This document shows positions 9,822 through 20,603 of a stretch of DNA of 64,000 nucleotides, in pieces. The translations under genes were made by a program, and so were the position numbers. Source of the DNA: Bacteroidota bacterium (GTDB lineage Bacteria; Bacteroidota; Bacteroidia; B-17B0; Aurantibacillaceae); contig JAJNBG010000025.1 of the NCBI GenBank assembly GCA_021155905.1, positions 11,664 through 75,663 of the forward strand, in the 5' to 3' direction. The notes under the pieces were generated by a model. The model was not told the origin of the DNA and searched no databases. It saw only the letters and a list, made by a program, of their open reading frames with translations. Position 1 is the stretch's first letter. Each line of letters opens with the position of its first letter.

Positions 9822-10679
9822 TTAAAATTTATAATCTTTATAGGTCTTCTTAAACTCCTCGTCATCAATCTTCGGGTTTACCTGTAAAAAATGATAATCG
9901 TACTGTTCGTACAATCCTTTATCATCTAATATTTTTATACTGATTGGTAAAAAATATAACTGATCAATGTAGAGCGTTACATGCTTGGCATAGGCATTAG
10001 GCACTTTTAATACCTGGCCTTTTTTTAAAATATCAAAATAATCATTCAGCTTTGGATTTACTTCCAGGATCATGTATTCACTTATGTGGAGCTTCCGGGC
10101 GATAGACGTGATGCTTTCATGATCTCCAACGGTGTAATTTTCATACCCAAAATCTTTATTGTCAATAATGATCTTATAACACGGACGGTTATTCACACGC
10201 TCTTCTCCTTCAAATTTAAAAAAGTTGTCAAACTTATCGAGGTTCTTTAAGGCAATATATTCAATGATGCTCGCGAAATAATCAACACCCATTTCGTTCA
10301 AAGTATGATGCTGATCCTGTCTCATTAAATAACCTAAGGGATCCAGGCTTAAATTTACATAAGGAAAAGAATTAGGCTTTACATAAGCCTTGTTGTTATT
10401 CCATCCGCTAACCCACAATAATTCGATGCCTTTTATGTACAAATAGATCTTTCTCGGCTTTCTGTTCAATTTAACCGAGGACTCATAGTGGTTAAATCCT
10501 TTTTTACCGCGTTCAATAATCTTCAGGCTGTACTTCAATCTTTCAAGCTCATTGATCGATTTCACCATCTTAAACACGATTTCCTTAGCTGTTGAAGGCT
10601 GTTTTTGAGCCAATAAACCAGCGCTTAAGAAAAGGCATAATGAAAAAGCGATATATTGAAAAAATCTGGTCCTAAACAT
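9822..10679 (-). CDS. secreted LysM-domain protein
   Basis: Signal peptide 'IAFSLCLFLSAGLLAQ'. LysM-like segment 'YTVGDHESITSIARKLHISEYMILEVNPKL..DILKKGQVLKVP'. I prefer the ATG at 10679; the track starts at a TTG at 10688. Confidence 0.7.
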   Translation of the reverse strand: MFRTRFFQYIAFSLCLFLSAGLLAQKQPSTAKEIVFKMVKSINELERLKYSLKIIERGKKGFNHYESSVKLNRKPRKIYLYIKGIELLWVSGWNNNKAYVKPNSFPYVNLSLDPLGYLMRQDQHHTLNEMGVDYFASIIEYIALKNLDKFDNFFKFEGEERVNNRPCYKIIIDNKDFGYENYTVGDHESITSIARKLHISEYMILEVNPKLNDYFDILKKGQVLKVPNAYAKHVTLYIDQLYFLPISIKILDDKGLYEQYDYHFLQVNPKIDDEEFKKTYKDYKF

Positions 10680-10967
10680 GGTCTGCAAAGGTAAAATAAT
10701 CTTTAATAAAATTGGTAGTTATTTAAACCTTATCTAAATAAATAACAGGCTGTTTAACAATTCTTTACCTTTTTTAAAGCGTCCTTTCGAGAGATGCAAA
10801 TTTTACAGGTTTAAAAATCGTTTTGATTATAAAATATGGTGGGTAAGTTGTTGAATCTGTTGAAAATTCATAATTAATTGGTTCTTAAACGATTAGTTAA
10901 AACCCCTTTTTTTTGCTAAGTTTATACATAATTAACGTCAAAAAAGCGTTACATTCGAAGTCCGAAA

Positions 10968-12053
10968 ATGTTACATTATACCCAGATAACAGAATTAATT
11001 ACCGAGCTGATGTTCAGGCATGATTGTGTTATTGTTCCAAATTTTGGTGGATTTGTTGCGAGGAATTACAGTTCCAATTTCAATAAAGGAAGTAATATTT
11101 TATATCCTCAGACAAAACATATTCTTTTTAATAAAAATTTAATTCACAATGATGGTTTGCTGATCTCTGCCTGGATGCAAAAAAACAATGCAACCATTAC
11201 AGAATCAACCAAACAAATTGAAGACTATAAAGATTATATACAATCCTTATTATCTGTTAAAAAAAGATTTGAATTAACGAACCTTGGATTGCTTTACATT
11301 GATGCTGAAAGTACCTTAAGATTTGAAGCAAAAACAGATGTCAACTTTTTATTAGAGTCCTTTGGATTTGAACCTGTGATTGCTAACGAACTGGTAATGG
11401 AAGTTGAAAAGCAGCCTGTGGCCGTTAAACAGTTTGAAGACCGGAAAATTGTTGTAGAGGCTGTTAAAAGCCCAAAAAGATCTTATTCAAAAATTCTTAC
11501 TTTAGCAATCGGTGTTCCGGTGACGCTGGCTTTTTTATTATTTGCGGCTTATTCAAAGCCTATGAAACCATTATTGCAGTCGTCTTTTAATCCGTTTTAT
11601 ACTCCTGAAAAAACGTATTCTCCGGTAAAACAAAAAGATTCAAAAGCGATTTTTATTCATGACATTGAAAAACAATCCTTATTGGTTGATGCCAACGGAT
11701 TTGCAACCTTTAAATTATCCGAGAATGGTAACGTCCTGGTTGCTTCTGTAAATGACAGCGTTGCGAAAACAGACAAAACCAATGTTGTAAAACCTTTATA
11801 TGCTTCTTCAAAAAACCCTACTTCCTTTGATGCAAAATACCAGGTAGTGGTTGGTTGTTTTGGTGTTGAAGACAATGCGAATAAACTTGTAAAAGAATTA
11901 CGGTCTAAAAATATCAATGCAGGTATTAGTGGGGTGAATCATAAAGGCTTGCATGTTGTGAGCTGCGGCGGGTTTAACGCAAAAGATGAAGCGACACAAT
12001 TATTAGCAGCAGTAAAAAATGATTTCCCTAATGCGTGGGTCATGGTGAAATAA
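10968..12053 (+). CDS. SPOR-domain membrane protein with HU-like N-terminal domain
   Basis: 361 aa. N-terminus 'VIVPNFGGFVA' (HU/CCDC81-type), one TM segment 'ILTLAIGVPVTLAFLLFAAY', and C-terminal SPOR-like 'KYQVVVGCFGVEDNANKLVKELRSKNI..'. Confidence 0.7.
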   Translation: MLHYTQITELITELMFRHDCVIVPNFGGFVARNYSSNFNKGSNILYPQTKHILFNKNLIHNDGLLISAWMQKNNATITESTKQIEDYKDYIQSLLSVKKRFELTNLGLLYIDAESTLRFEAKTDVNFLLESFGFEPVIANELVMEVEKQPVAVKQFEDRKIVVEAVKSPKRSYSKILTLAIGVPVTLAFLLFAAYSKPMKPLLQSSFNPFYTPEKTYSPVKQKDSKAIFIHDIEKQSLLVDANGFATFKLSENGNVLVASVNDSVAKTDKTNVVKPLYASSKNPTSFDAKYQVVVGCFGVEDNANKLVKELRSKNINAGISGVNHKGLHVVSCGGFNAKDEATQLLAAVKNDFPNAWVMVK

Positions 12054-12273
12054 GTTACAGATTTTTAATACATATTTGTTTTTCTTCCGATTGTCTATAC
12101 AATAATCTCCAATTCTCCTTCACGTCTTTCTTTTGTCTTTACACGTGCTTGCAAAATCACTATCTATTAAACAATTTATCGCACTCTGTTACGTTCTTTA
12201 AATGATAAGACATACAATCCAAAAGCGCTCATCATATTCAAATAGTTAAATTGTTTTTTATATATTCGCATAG

Positions 12274-12876
12274 TTGAGAAGTTTCGTCATATTTGTTTTT
12301 TGCATTTTTTTTGCCAGCTATTGCCTGGCTCAATCCGACACTGCAATATATAATCCCAAGAAAGAAATTATTTATGATGGAAAGCGTTACAGGGTTTATA
12401 ACAGCTGGCTTTCGGTTGGCGCCGGCGCCTCCTACAATACAAAATGGCCAAAAGATGAAAAAAACATCGGTGCCGATTTCACTTTCCATTTAAAGCAGCA
12501 TTATGTGAGATTTGGAGGCTTTATGAGTGGCTCAGATTTCACAGCCTCTAATAATTATAGTTTCCATTTTTGTTACGTCATACGCAAAGAAGCAGAGAAA
12601 TTCAATTTATCCATCGCAGCAGGCCCTTCGTCTTCTTATTTTAGAAGGCCATTAAGCGATTCAACTAATTATAACCTGGCTACCGTGTATAATATGGTAG
12701 GTGGTTTTGCTGCCCTGGAAGCGGTTTATAAAATAAAATATGATGTTGGCCTTGGCGGACAAATTTTCTGTGACTACAACCAGGCCCAAATGGTATATGG
12801 CGTAAGGCTCATCGTTTATTTTTCCGGCGCGTACCGTGGAATAAAATATGGTTATGTTCCACCAAAAAAGAAATAA
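12274..12876 (+). CDS. predicted secreted/outer-membrane beta-strand protein, function unknown
   Basis: 200 aa with a TTG start and signal peptide 'VIFVFCIFFASYCLAQ'. Gly/aromatic-rich alternating strands. Confidence 0.5.
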   Translation: MRSFVIFVFCIFFASYCLAQSDTAIYNPKKEIIYDGKRYRVYNSWLSVGAGASYNTKWPKDEKNIGADFTFHLKQHYVRFGGFMSGSDFTASNNYSFHFCYVIRKEAEKFNLSIAAGPSSSYFRRPLSDSTNYNLATVYNMVGGFAALEAVYKIKYDVGLGGQIFCDYNQAQMVYGVRLIVYFSGAYRGIKYGYVPPKKK

Positions 12877-13933
12877 TTCCATAACTGATTTTATCATTGT
12901 TGGTCAAGGCATCGCGGGCTCCGTAGTAGCATTAACATTAATTAAATCCGGGTATACCGTTTCTATCGTTGACCAACCCGGGTTGTCAAGCAGCTCCAAA
13001 ATCGCCGGTGGTATCTGGAATCCGGTTGTTTTTAAACGACTAACCAAAAGCTGGATGGCCGATGAATTGGTTCCCGAACTACGTAATTTTTATTCGATAT
13101 GGGAAAAAGAATTTAATACCGAACTTATCCAGGACCGTCATATCATAAAACCATTTACAGAAGAACAGGAAGAAACGCTATGGTTAAAAAAATCTCAGGG
13201 AGCGGAACCCGAAAATGTTTTTTTAGACTCTCACATTTATAAGAACCTTCCGGTAGATGAACACTATCATGTAAAGAAGTACTCCCGGGTTTTACAAGCG
13301 GGCAATTTGAATGTACCGCATTTTCTGGCTTGTACCAAAAAGTATTTAAAAGAGTATTATGAATTTCTGGAAGAAGCATTTGACCATGATCAGTTAAAAA
13401 TAACAGATCTGGGTATTTCCTATAAATCACTCACGGGGTCTAATATCCTGTTTTGTGAAGGTCACCTGATCTCCAGTAATCCATATTTTAACTGGATTCC
13501 TATGAAACCGGCAAAAGGAGAAACTTTGACAATTTATAGCGAGCATATCCAATTAGAAAGTGACATTTTTAATAAGGGATTTTTCATCCTTCCATTAGGA
13601 AACAAACTTTTCAAAATCGGGGCTACCTATGAATGGCATACATTGAATGACATTCCAACGGAAGAAGGAAAAACTGAACTTCTGAAAAAATTAAACGCGG
13701 TGGTAACCACTCCATATCAAATCATTTCACATGAAGCCGGCGTAAGGCCTTCCGTTATCGACAGGAGGCCCGTAATAGGCAGACATCCGGAATTTGCCAA
13801 TATGTATTTATTTAACGGGATGGGAACAAAAGCAGTCATGCTGGCTCCCTATTTTGCCAAACAGTTAGTGGAATCGATTCGTAACAATTCTAAAATTGAT
13901 GGTGAAGTAGACCTGTCCCGTTTTGTAGTTTAA
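12848..13933 (+). CDS. FAD-dependent oxidoreductase (DAO family)
   Basis: 361 aa with the dinucleotide-binding motif 'DFIIVGQGIAGSVVAL' at the N-terminus. The exact start is uncertain because the ORF overlaps the upstream ORF by 29 nt. Confidence 0.8.
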   Translation: MVMFHQKRNNSITDFIIVGQGIAGSVVALTLIKSGYTVSIVDQPGLSSSSKIAGGIWNPVVFKRLTKSWMADELVPELRNFYSIWEKEFNTELIQDRHIIKPFTEEQEETLWLKKSQGAEPENVFLDSHIYKNLPVDEHYHVKKYSRVLQAGNLNVPHFLACTKKYLKEYYEFLEEAFDHDQLKITDLGISYKSLTGSNILFCEGHLISSNPYFNWIPMKPAKGETLTIYSEHIQLESDIFNKGFFILPLGNKLFKIGATYEWHTLNDIPTEEGKTELLKKLNAVVTTPYQIISHEAGVRPSVIDRRPVIGRHPEFANMYLFNGMGTKAVMLAPYFAKQLVESIRNNSKIDGEVDLSRFVV

Positions 13934-14045
13934 TTCGCCAATGGATGGATGTAAATCAAAGATTTCCGTAAGTTGCAAATATTAAATATAACAGTCATTT
14001 TTTTGAAAATAATTTTTGTTTCCCAATTAAATCAGCTAATTTGGA

Positions 14046-14501
14046 GTGGTAAATATGTTAGCAGCTAAACCAAAAATAAAACTGATCGGTCGCAGAGAAT
14101 TTGTCAGTTTCCCTATTTTAAACATCCATCATGTGGAAGCTAAAATTGATACAGGTGCATATACCTGTGCCATTCATTGCAAAAACATTGTTCTAAAAAC
14201 CAACCTGGATAAGCCTATCCTTACATTTCAATTATTGGACAATACTATCTATAGTTTTGATGAGTTTACCAAGAAAAAAATTAAAAATTCTTTTGGCGAA
14301 ATGGAAGAGCGATATATTATCAAAACACAGATCGTGATTGGAAAAAAGAAAATCAAAAGCAGCATTTCGCTGAGCGATCGTGAGAATATGCGTTATCCTG
14401 TTCTAATTGGCAGGAAACTTCTGAAAGGAAAATTTATTGTTGACGTCAACAAAATTTATACTAATGGTTTAAAACTAAATACACTCCTAAACACTTATTA
14501 A
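14046..14501 (+). CDS. RimK-associated retropepsin-like aspartic protease (DUF785, often annotated 'ATP-dependent zinc protease')
   Basis: 151 aa with 'VEAKIDTGAYTCAIH' (a D-T-G aspartic protease signature) and 'YPVLIGRKLLKGKFIVD'. It abuts rimK (stop at 14501, ATG at 14502). An ATG at 14055 is an alternative start. Confidence 0.75.
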   Translation: MVNMLAAKPKIKLIGRREFVSFPILNIHHVEAKIDTGAYTCAIHCKNIVLKTNLDKPILTFQLLDNTIYSFDEFTKKKIKNSFGEMEERYIIKTQIVIGKKKIKSSISLSDRENMRYPVLIGRKLLKGKFIVDVNKIYTNGLKLNTLLNTY

Positions 14502-15392
14502 ATGAAGATTGCCATTCTATCCCGTAACAGAAATTTATACTCAACAAAAAGACTTATAGAAGCCGCTGAACTAAGAGGCCATGAAGTGGTGGTACTTGAC
14601 CATATGAAATGTGTTTTAGTGATCGAACAGAGCAGACCGCATATCTATTACAATGGGAAAGAAGTAGCTGATATCAATGCAGTGATACCGCGTATTGGTG
14701 CAAGCGCTACGTTTTACGGATCCGCAGTTGTTCGTCAGTTTGAAATGATGAAAATATTTACTGCAGTAGAATCACAAGCATTAGTACGTTCGAGGGACAA
14801 GTTGCGAAGCTTACAAATTTTAGCCCGTGCAGGAATTGGAATGCCTAAATCAGCTTTCGCCAACGAGCCAAAAGATATTGAATCGGTTATTGCAAGTATT
14901 GGCGGCGCCCCTTGTGTCGTTAAACTATTGGAAGGAACGCAAGGCATTGGTGTTATTTTGGCAGAAAATGATAAAGCGGCGAAATCCGTTATCGAAGCAT
15001 TTTTAAAACTGGATGCAAACATGCTTGTGCAGGAATTCATTAAAGAATCAAAAGGTGCCGATATCCGGGTGTTTGTTGTTGATGGCCAGATTGTGGGGGC
15101 CATGAAACGACAAGCTAAAGAAGGAGAATTCAGAAGCAACCTGCACAGGGGTGGAACAGCCTCACTCATTCAACTGACCTCTGAAGAACGTGCGACCGCT
15201 ATTAAATCAGCAAAAAAATTAGGATTAGGCATTGCCGGCGTTGACTTGTTACAGAGCGATCGGGGACCTTTAGTTATGGAAGTAAATTCTTCCCCGGGTT
15301 TGGAAGGCATTGAAGGTGCTACCGGGATTGATATCGCCAGTAAAATTATTGAATATGTTGAACGTAATGAGTTTAATGCCCCCGGTCAGTAA
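14502..15392 (+). CDS. rimK: RimK-family ATP-grasp alpha-L-glutamate ligase
   Basis: 296 aa. '[28 protein letters not shown]', '[13 protein letters not shown]', '[17 protein letters not shown]', 'FRSNLHRGG' and 'GVDLL....[17 protein letters not shown]'. Confidence 0.9.
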   Translation: MKIAILSRNRNLYSTKRLIEAAELRGHEVVVLDHMKCVLVIEQSRPHIYYNGKEVADINAVIPRIGASATFYGSAVVRQFEMMKIFTAVESQALVRSRDKLRSLQILARAGIGMPKSAFANEPKDIESVIASIGGAPCVVKLLEGTQGIGVILAENDKAAKSVIEAFLKLDANMLVQEFIKESKGADIRVFVVDGQIVGAMKRQAKEGEFRSNLHRGGTASLIQLTSEERATAIKSAKKLGLGIAGVDLLQSDRGPLVMEVNSSPGLEGIEGATGIDIASKIIEYVERNEFNAPGQ

Positions 15393-16336
15393 TGGAAGAT
15401 TTTAAGATAAACTCTCAAACCGTTAGCGCCGGGGAATGCAAACAAATTGTATTAAACTCTTACGAACTCCACACAAAAACAAAGATTGAAATTCCTGTTT
15501 TCGTTTTCAGGAGTAATAAAAAAGGCCCTACTTTATTGTTATCGGCGGGCATGCATGGAGAAGAAACGAACGGGATTGAGATCATCCGAAAAATTATTAC
15601 CAGGGATGAAGTAAAAAATTTAAACTGCGGGAACGTCATTGCCATTCCCGTGATCAATAGTGTTTCCTTTCTATTTGGCAGTCGTGATCTACCGGATGGC
15701 AGAGACCTGAACCGTTGTTTCCCGGGCCATAAAAACGGTTCTTTCGGAAGCCGGATCGCGTATGACCTGATGAAACATATTGTACCACTCATAGACTTCG
15801 GCGTTGACTTCCATACGGGGGGCGCGAAAATCAATAACTCTCCCCAGATCAGGTGTGTATTTGAATTCCCGGAAAATGTGGCATTGGCAGAGAAATTTTC
15901 TCCTCCCCTGATCATTGACAGTTCATACAGAGAGGGAACATTCCGAAAAGAAGCCGCAAAAAAAAACAAACCTATTTTGGTATACGAAGGTGGCGAAAGC
16001 ATGCGCTTTGATTATAGAGCCATTAATGAAGGCGTGAATGGTTGTCTTCGGTTGATGAGAAATTACAACATGATCGATATTCATGTGCCGAACAACCATG
16101 CTGTGAAAATTAAAAAAGATACCTGGATCAGGGCGAATGCCAGCGGGTTATTTCATATGAATGCGACTAACGGGGCTTATATATCAAAAGGAGATTTGTT
16201 AGGGGTGATCTGCAATCCGTTCGGAGAAATTGAACATAAGATCTTCTCTACAGCCGATGGATATATCGTTGGAATAAACAATCAGCCAGTGGTAAACCAG
16301 GGAGACGCCTTAATTCATATAGGAATGGAAGAATGA
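15392..16336 (+). CDS. succinylglutamate desuccinylase/aspartoacylase-family zinc hydrolase
   Basis: 314 aa. 'LLSAGMHGEETNGIEIIRK' (His/Glu zinc ligands), 'RDLNRCFPG' and 'DFHTGG'. The start overlaps the rimK stop as TAATG (15390-15394). Confidence 0.8.
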   Translation: MEDFKINSQTVSAGECKQIVLNSYELHTKTKIEIPVFVFRSNKKGPTLLLSAGMHGEETNGIEIIRKIITRDEVKNLNCGNVIAIPVINSVSFLFGSRDLPDGRDLNRCFPGHKNGSFGSRIAYDLMKHIVPLIDFGVDFHTGGAKINNSPQIRCVFEFPENVALAEKFSPPLIIDSSYREGTFRKEAAKKNKPILVYEGGESMRFDYRAINEGVNGCLRLMRNYNMIDIHVPNNHAVKIKKDTWIRANASGLFHMNATNGAYISKGDLLGVICNPFGEIEHKIFSTADGYIVGINNQPVVNQGDALIHIGMEE

Positions 16337-16478
16337 ACATAAAGATTTTGAAGAATAGGATGAACACTTTTAAATGCTTTTTAAACTATGCACATATTCA
16401 GGTTTAATCTATGCCGTACATAAGCTTGTAAAAAAGCGGTATCATAGATACATCACAGGTCCTAACACTCATGTAATC

Positions 16479-18329
16479 ATGAACAGATGCCTGGTTATTG
16501 GCATGATCTTTATTTTTTCTTCCAACATTGCATCAGCACAAAAACTTTCCGCCGGAAAAAAAGAAATTGAAGAAGAAGACTCCCTTCGTATTTATAAAAA
16601 ATTAAAAAAATGGTCGTCCAAACACAGGGTTACCAAATGGGCTTATTCACTGATTTTCGTAGATCCTGAAGCCAAAGAATACCCAATCCAACCGGCATCA
16701 AAAGAAGTTAAGAATGTTAATCCGTACTTAAAATACAAGGGACGCATCATTCGCAATATTAATATTACCATCTACGATCCTTTCGGGCATAACGTAAACG
16801 ATACGATCACCCGGCCCGTCAGCCGTTCTCAACGTTTCGGCAACAATGTTCATATGACGACACGGCAATTTGTTATTCAAAATAAACTACTGTTTAAAAA
16901 TAATGACACGATTAACCCCCTGTCTTTGAGTGAAACAGAGCGTATTCTGCGGGAGGCAAGTTTTATAAATGATGCGAGGATTTACATCACCAAAACAAAA
17001 AGCAGAGACAGTGTGGATGTCAATGTAATTGTTCAGGACAAATGGCCCATCACGGTTCCTATTCTGGTAACCGATATATTTGTGGATGCCAGGTTCAGGA
17101 ATTATAACCTGTTTGGTGCAGGTCAGCAATTTGAACAGTATGGACGATTGACCAAGCCGAATGTTTACGAGTTTAATGGATATTACGGTATCGCCAATAT
17201 CGACAATACTTACATTTCATCCCGATTAGGATATTCCACCAATAAAGATGAAACTAAGGTTTCTCTTTCTTTTGACCGGCCTTTCTTCTCTCCGTTAACA
17301 TCCTGGGCTGGAGGTGCAGCTGCGTCACATTCCTGGAAAAAATATGTCTATACGGATACCATTATTGGCGAATCCCGACAAATACCATTGAACAGTTTAG
17401 GTTATGATGTCTGGGCAGGGAAAAGTTTTAAGTTTAAAAAACTAAGTGAAGATCGAAGCTTTTTCAATCAAAGTACTAATCTTATTTTGGCCGGAAGGTA
17501 CTACACCGCTACTTACCTGAACCGGCCTTCAGAAAGAATTGATACATCCAGATCTCATTATAACGCCAAAGCAGCCCTAGGCAATATTGGTTTTTCCGTA
17601 CAACATTATTACAAGGATAAATACATATACCGTTTTGGGGCAAACGAAGACGTTCCGGAAGGCTTAATCCTTCAGTTTATTTATGGGGGAATAAAATATG
17701 AGTTCAAAAAAATAAGGTATTACACCGGTTTCGAACTGGCGAGGGCCAAACACTTCGAGCGCTTAGGTTATTTATCCGCTACCGTGTCGTATGGAATCTT
17801 TTTTAATGAAAAAGTAGCGAACGACATTACACTGAATTATAAATTGTATTATTTCAGTAACCTGTTAAAAAACGGTCGATGGTTCTTTCGTGAATTTTTA
17901 ACGTTTAATTGCGTACACGGAGAAAATAAACTGGTGGGTCAAACTATCAATTTCAGCGGAGAGGAATTATACGGATTTGAAAACCGTGGTTTATCCGGTA
18001 ATACAAAAATGACGCTTAACTCAGAAACAGTGGCCTACCTCCCTTATAAATTAATTGGCTTCCGTTTTGCGCCGGTGGTTACAATGGGTATTGGTATGAT
18101 AGGGAGTCCGTCTTCACCTCTTGTGAAAAGTAATCTCTACCAGGCTTACACTCTTGGGGTGATGGTAAGAAATGAAAATTTATTAAGCAGTACGTTCCAG
18201 TTCGCTGTGGGTGCCTACCCTTTCTTTCCAAACGAAAATAAAGTCACATTAAAATATAATCCCATCACGAGCTTTACATTAAGAGTAAGGGCATTTAGTG
18301 TTTCGAAACCGGAATTTATCAGCTATTGA
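16479..18329 (+). CDS. Omp85/BamA-like outer-membrane protein (tentative)
   Basis: I prefer the start at ATG 16479, which gives a signal peptide 'MNRCLVIGMIFIFSSNIASAQ'. POTRA-like 'DSVDVNVIVQDKWPITV' is followed by 'RNYNLFGAGQQFE' and a long beta-strand-rich region ending in an aromatic residue. Confidence 0.5.
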   Translation: MNRCLVIGMIFIFSSNIASAQKLSAGKKEIEEEDSLRIYKKLKKWSSKHRVTKWAYSLIFVDPEAKEYPIQPASKEVKNVNPYLKYKGRIIRNINITIYDPFGHNVNDTITRPVSRSQRFGNNVHMTTRQFVIQNKLLFKNNDTINPLSLSETERILREASFINDARIYITKTKSRDSVDVNVIVQDKWPITVPILVTDIFVDARFRNYNLFGAGQQFEQYGRLTKPNVYEFNGYYGIANIDNTYISSRLGYSTNKDETKVSLSFDRPFFSPLTSWAGGAAASHSWKKYVYTDTIIGESRQIPLNSLGYDVWAGKSFKFKKLSEDRSFFNQSTNLILAGRYYTATYLNRPSERIDTSRSHYNAKAALGNIGFSVQHYYKDKYIYRFGANEDVPEGLILQFIYGGIKYEFKKIRYYTGFELARAKHFERLGYLSATVSYGIFFNEKVANDITLNYKLYYFSNLLKNGRWFFREFLTFNCVHGENKLVGQTINFSGEELYGFENRGLSGNTKMTLNSETVAYLPYKLIGFRFAPVVTMGIGMIGSPSSPLVKSNLYQAYTLGVMVRNENLLSSTFQFAVGAYPFFPNENKVTLKYNPITSFTLRVRAFSVSKPEFISY

Positions 18330-18330
18330 T

Positions 18331-18942
18331 TTACCCGGTTACAACCTTATCCGATAAATTATTTTTAACGATCCAGGAATCGAGAGCTGAATTGAATTCT
18401 TTGTTTTCCTTCATCATATCAGTTCGAAGGGTAATGGCTTTTCTGTTGTAGTTGATGAAATACGTTAAACCATGCCTCGCCTCAATCTTTTCAATTTCCC
18501 TGGCTGAAGTCGTATGAATTTTATTGGTAGAAATAATTAACTGGTCGTCTTCCAACGCAACAAAGCAAAGATGTTTCGCTCTTCTCCAGAGAGTCACCAC
18601 GATTTCTGTAAAAGCAATTAAAAAACACAAGAAAGCCATATATCGGATAATACTTCCCGAATAATATAGCAATACACCAAATACAGTAAAGGCAATAATC
18701 TTAATCAACCGTTTGGCTATTAAACCATCCGGAAAATAAGTAAATTTTTGCGTGTCTTTTTTGATCTGTGATAATGTGTAAGCTTCATAACAAGCTGCAA
18801 ATACATAGAGAATTCCCATTCCTATAAAAATATAACGTACTTCGTTATACCCTATGAATTGCGTAAACACAAAAACCAAACTAATGACGATGATAGCCAA
18901 CAGAATAATGTTTTTGAATAAAATGGAAAAAAGAGAATTCAT
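18331..18942 (-). CDS. hypothetical membrane protein (four TM helices plus soluble C-terminus)
   Basis: 203 aa with four hydrophobic segments in the first ~120 aa. No recognisable catalytic motif. Confidence 0.5.
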   Translation of the reverse strand: MNSLFSILFKNIILLAIIVISLVFVFTQFIGYNEVRYIFIGMGILYVFAACYEAYTLSQIKKDTQKFTYFPDGLIAKRLIKIIAFTVFGVLLYYSGSIIRYMAFLCFLIAFTEIVVTLWRRAKHLCFVALEDDQLIISTNKIHTTSAREIEKIEARHGLTYFINYNRKAITLRTDMMKENKEFNSALDSWIVKNNLSDKVVTG

Positions 18943-18969
18943 TTGAGTGGGTTAAATTGAGAAAATAAA

Positions 18970-19857
18970 TTAAAATACGTGCTTCTCGGCATGGTATGAA
19001 GAACGAACCAGGGCGCCGCTTTCCACATATCTGAATCCTTTCGATAAAGCAATCCTACCCCATTTTTTAAATTCATCAGGATGAACAAACCTTGCTACCG
19101 GTAAATGCTTTGGCGTAGGCTGTAAATACTGTCCAATGGTCATCACGTCACAATGTACTGCAGCCAGATCATCAATTGTTTCCAGTACTTCTTCTTCCGT
19201 TTCACCTAAACCAACCATTAAACCACATTTGGTTCTAACACCTGCCTCATGCAAACGTTTCAAAACTTCCATGCTCCGGTCGTACTTTGCCTGGATTCTC
19301 ACCTGCGCAGTTAAACGTCTTACGGTTTCAATATTGTGCGAAACAATATCAGGCTTTACATCAATGATACGCTGGAGGTTTTCCCACTTACCTGCAAAAT
19401 CAGGAATCAGGCATTCAAATTTTGTTTCAGAGCTTATTTCCCTGATGGCCTTAATAGTTTCGGCCCATATAATTGAACCTCCGTCTTTCAGGTCATCCCT
19501 GTCAACAGAAGTGATAACACAATGTTTAACACCCATTAATTTTACGGAATTAGCCACGCGCTTTGGCTCATCCCAATCTGCGGGTTTCGGTTTACCGGTT
19601 GCTACAGCACAGAATCCGCATGACCTTGTGCAGATATTTCCAAGGATCATAAACGTTGCTGTACCAGCACCCCAGCATTCACCCATATTAGGGCAATTAC
19701 CACTTTCGCATATCGTATGCAGCTTATGGGTAGCAACAATATTTCTTACTTTTAGATATTCCTCGCCGATAGGCAACTTTACTCTCAACCAATCCGGTTT
19801 ACGAGGTCTTTCAGGAATCAGGGCTTCGTTTGTACTTTCCATTTTTTTTAGAACCAT
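18970..19857 (-). CDS. lipA: lipoyl synthase
   Basis: 295 aa. '[13 protein letters not shown]' auxiliary cluster, radical-SAM '[10 protein letters not shown]', and '[11 protein letters not shown]'. An alternative ATG lies at 19842. Confidence 0.95.
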   Translation of the reverse strand: MVLKKMESTNEALIPERPRKPDWLRVKLPIGEEYLKVRNIVATHKLHTICESGNCPNMGECWGAGTATFMILGNICTRSCGFCAVATGKPKPADWDEPKRVANSVKLMGVKHCVITSVDRDDLKDGGSIIWAETIKAIREISSETKFECLIPDFAGKWENLQRIIDVKPDIVSHNIETVRRLTAQVRIQAKYDRSMEVLKRLHEAGVRTKCGLMVGLGETEEEVLETIDDLAAVHCDVMTIGQYLQPTPKHLPVARFVHPDEFKKWGRIALSKGFRYVESGALVRSSYHAEKHVF

Positions 19858-20603
19858 TTTTTACCAAACACAAAACCAACGTATAAGGTTACTATAAAAT
19901 TTTCTGCAGGGTTATTAGCCATTATCGGAAGCGCCTTTGGAAAATAGTCAAAGATCACACCCGTTTCAATGGCTTTTACTTTATTGGAATACGGTGCGTA
20001 TTCAAAACTTAAATTAAGTTTGGCATATAATCCGGGATATACTTTCATTTCAGACATGCCGTCTACCAAAGGGCCTTTTCCGGAAATACTATCAATAGTA
20101 TGAACTTCAGGATCATATTTGGTAGATTGCTGAAATTTATCGCCAGCTGACGTTTCGCGATACACCAGGATATAATTGGGTTTAGCGAAAGCCAGGCTGC
20201 CGCCCAGGTAGTAAGAAGTTCTTATTTCCACAGATTTCCTGTCAGATCTTTTGAAGATCGTGGTTTGATAACCCACACCGGCTCTAAACATTAAAATGCT
20301 ATTCAGTTTTCCATAAATAAATCGCTTGGAGTTATCTGTATTACTGGAAATTTTAATTTCTTTAGGGTGCTTCATGTTCAACGCTTCCACCTCCAGAAGG
20401 CGCTTTCGTGTTCCTGTCACATGTTTTGCGCGCATCCAGTTAATTCCCAAACCACGGCTGTGTGCGAAAATCCCAAAAGACATTTCATTGCGATACAGGA
20501 CATTCGGATCCTGGCCGCTGGCTAACGCCTGACTGGTGCTTTGAGAATAACCCAAAAAACTTAAGAAAAGCAGAATAAAACTATATGAAAAACACCTCTT
20601 CAT
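19848..20603 (-). CDS. predicted outer-membrane beta-barrel protein, function unknown
   Basis: 251 aa. Signal peptide '[14 protein letters not shown]', alternating strands, and a C-terminus '[10 protein letters not shown]' ending in Phe. It overlaps the lipA ORF by 10 nt. Confidence 0.55.
   Translation of the reverse strand: MKRCFSYSFILLFLSFLGYSQSTSQALASGQDPNVLYRNEMSFGIFAHSRGLGINWMRAKHVTGTRKRLLEVEALNMKHPKEIKISSNTDNSKRFIYGKLNSILMFRAGVGYQTTIFKRSDRKSVEIRTSYYLGGSLAFAKPNYILVYRETSAGDKFQQSTKYDPEVHTIDSISGKGPLVDGMSEMKVYPGLYAKLNLSFEYAPYSNKVKAIETGVIFDYFPKALPIMANNPAENFIVTLYVGFVFGKKWF

Noticed and set aside
14735-19897. Long antisense ORFs opposite rimK (14735..15169), the AstE-like gene (15460..16002) and lipA (19136..19897, 253 aa). 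Similar ones are 27104..27574 and 60897..61403.
   Set aside because: Each overlaps a gene with strong catalytic motifs. Their translations are Ser/Pro/Ile-rich with no motifs, which is typical of shadow ORFs.
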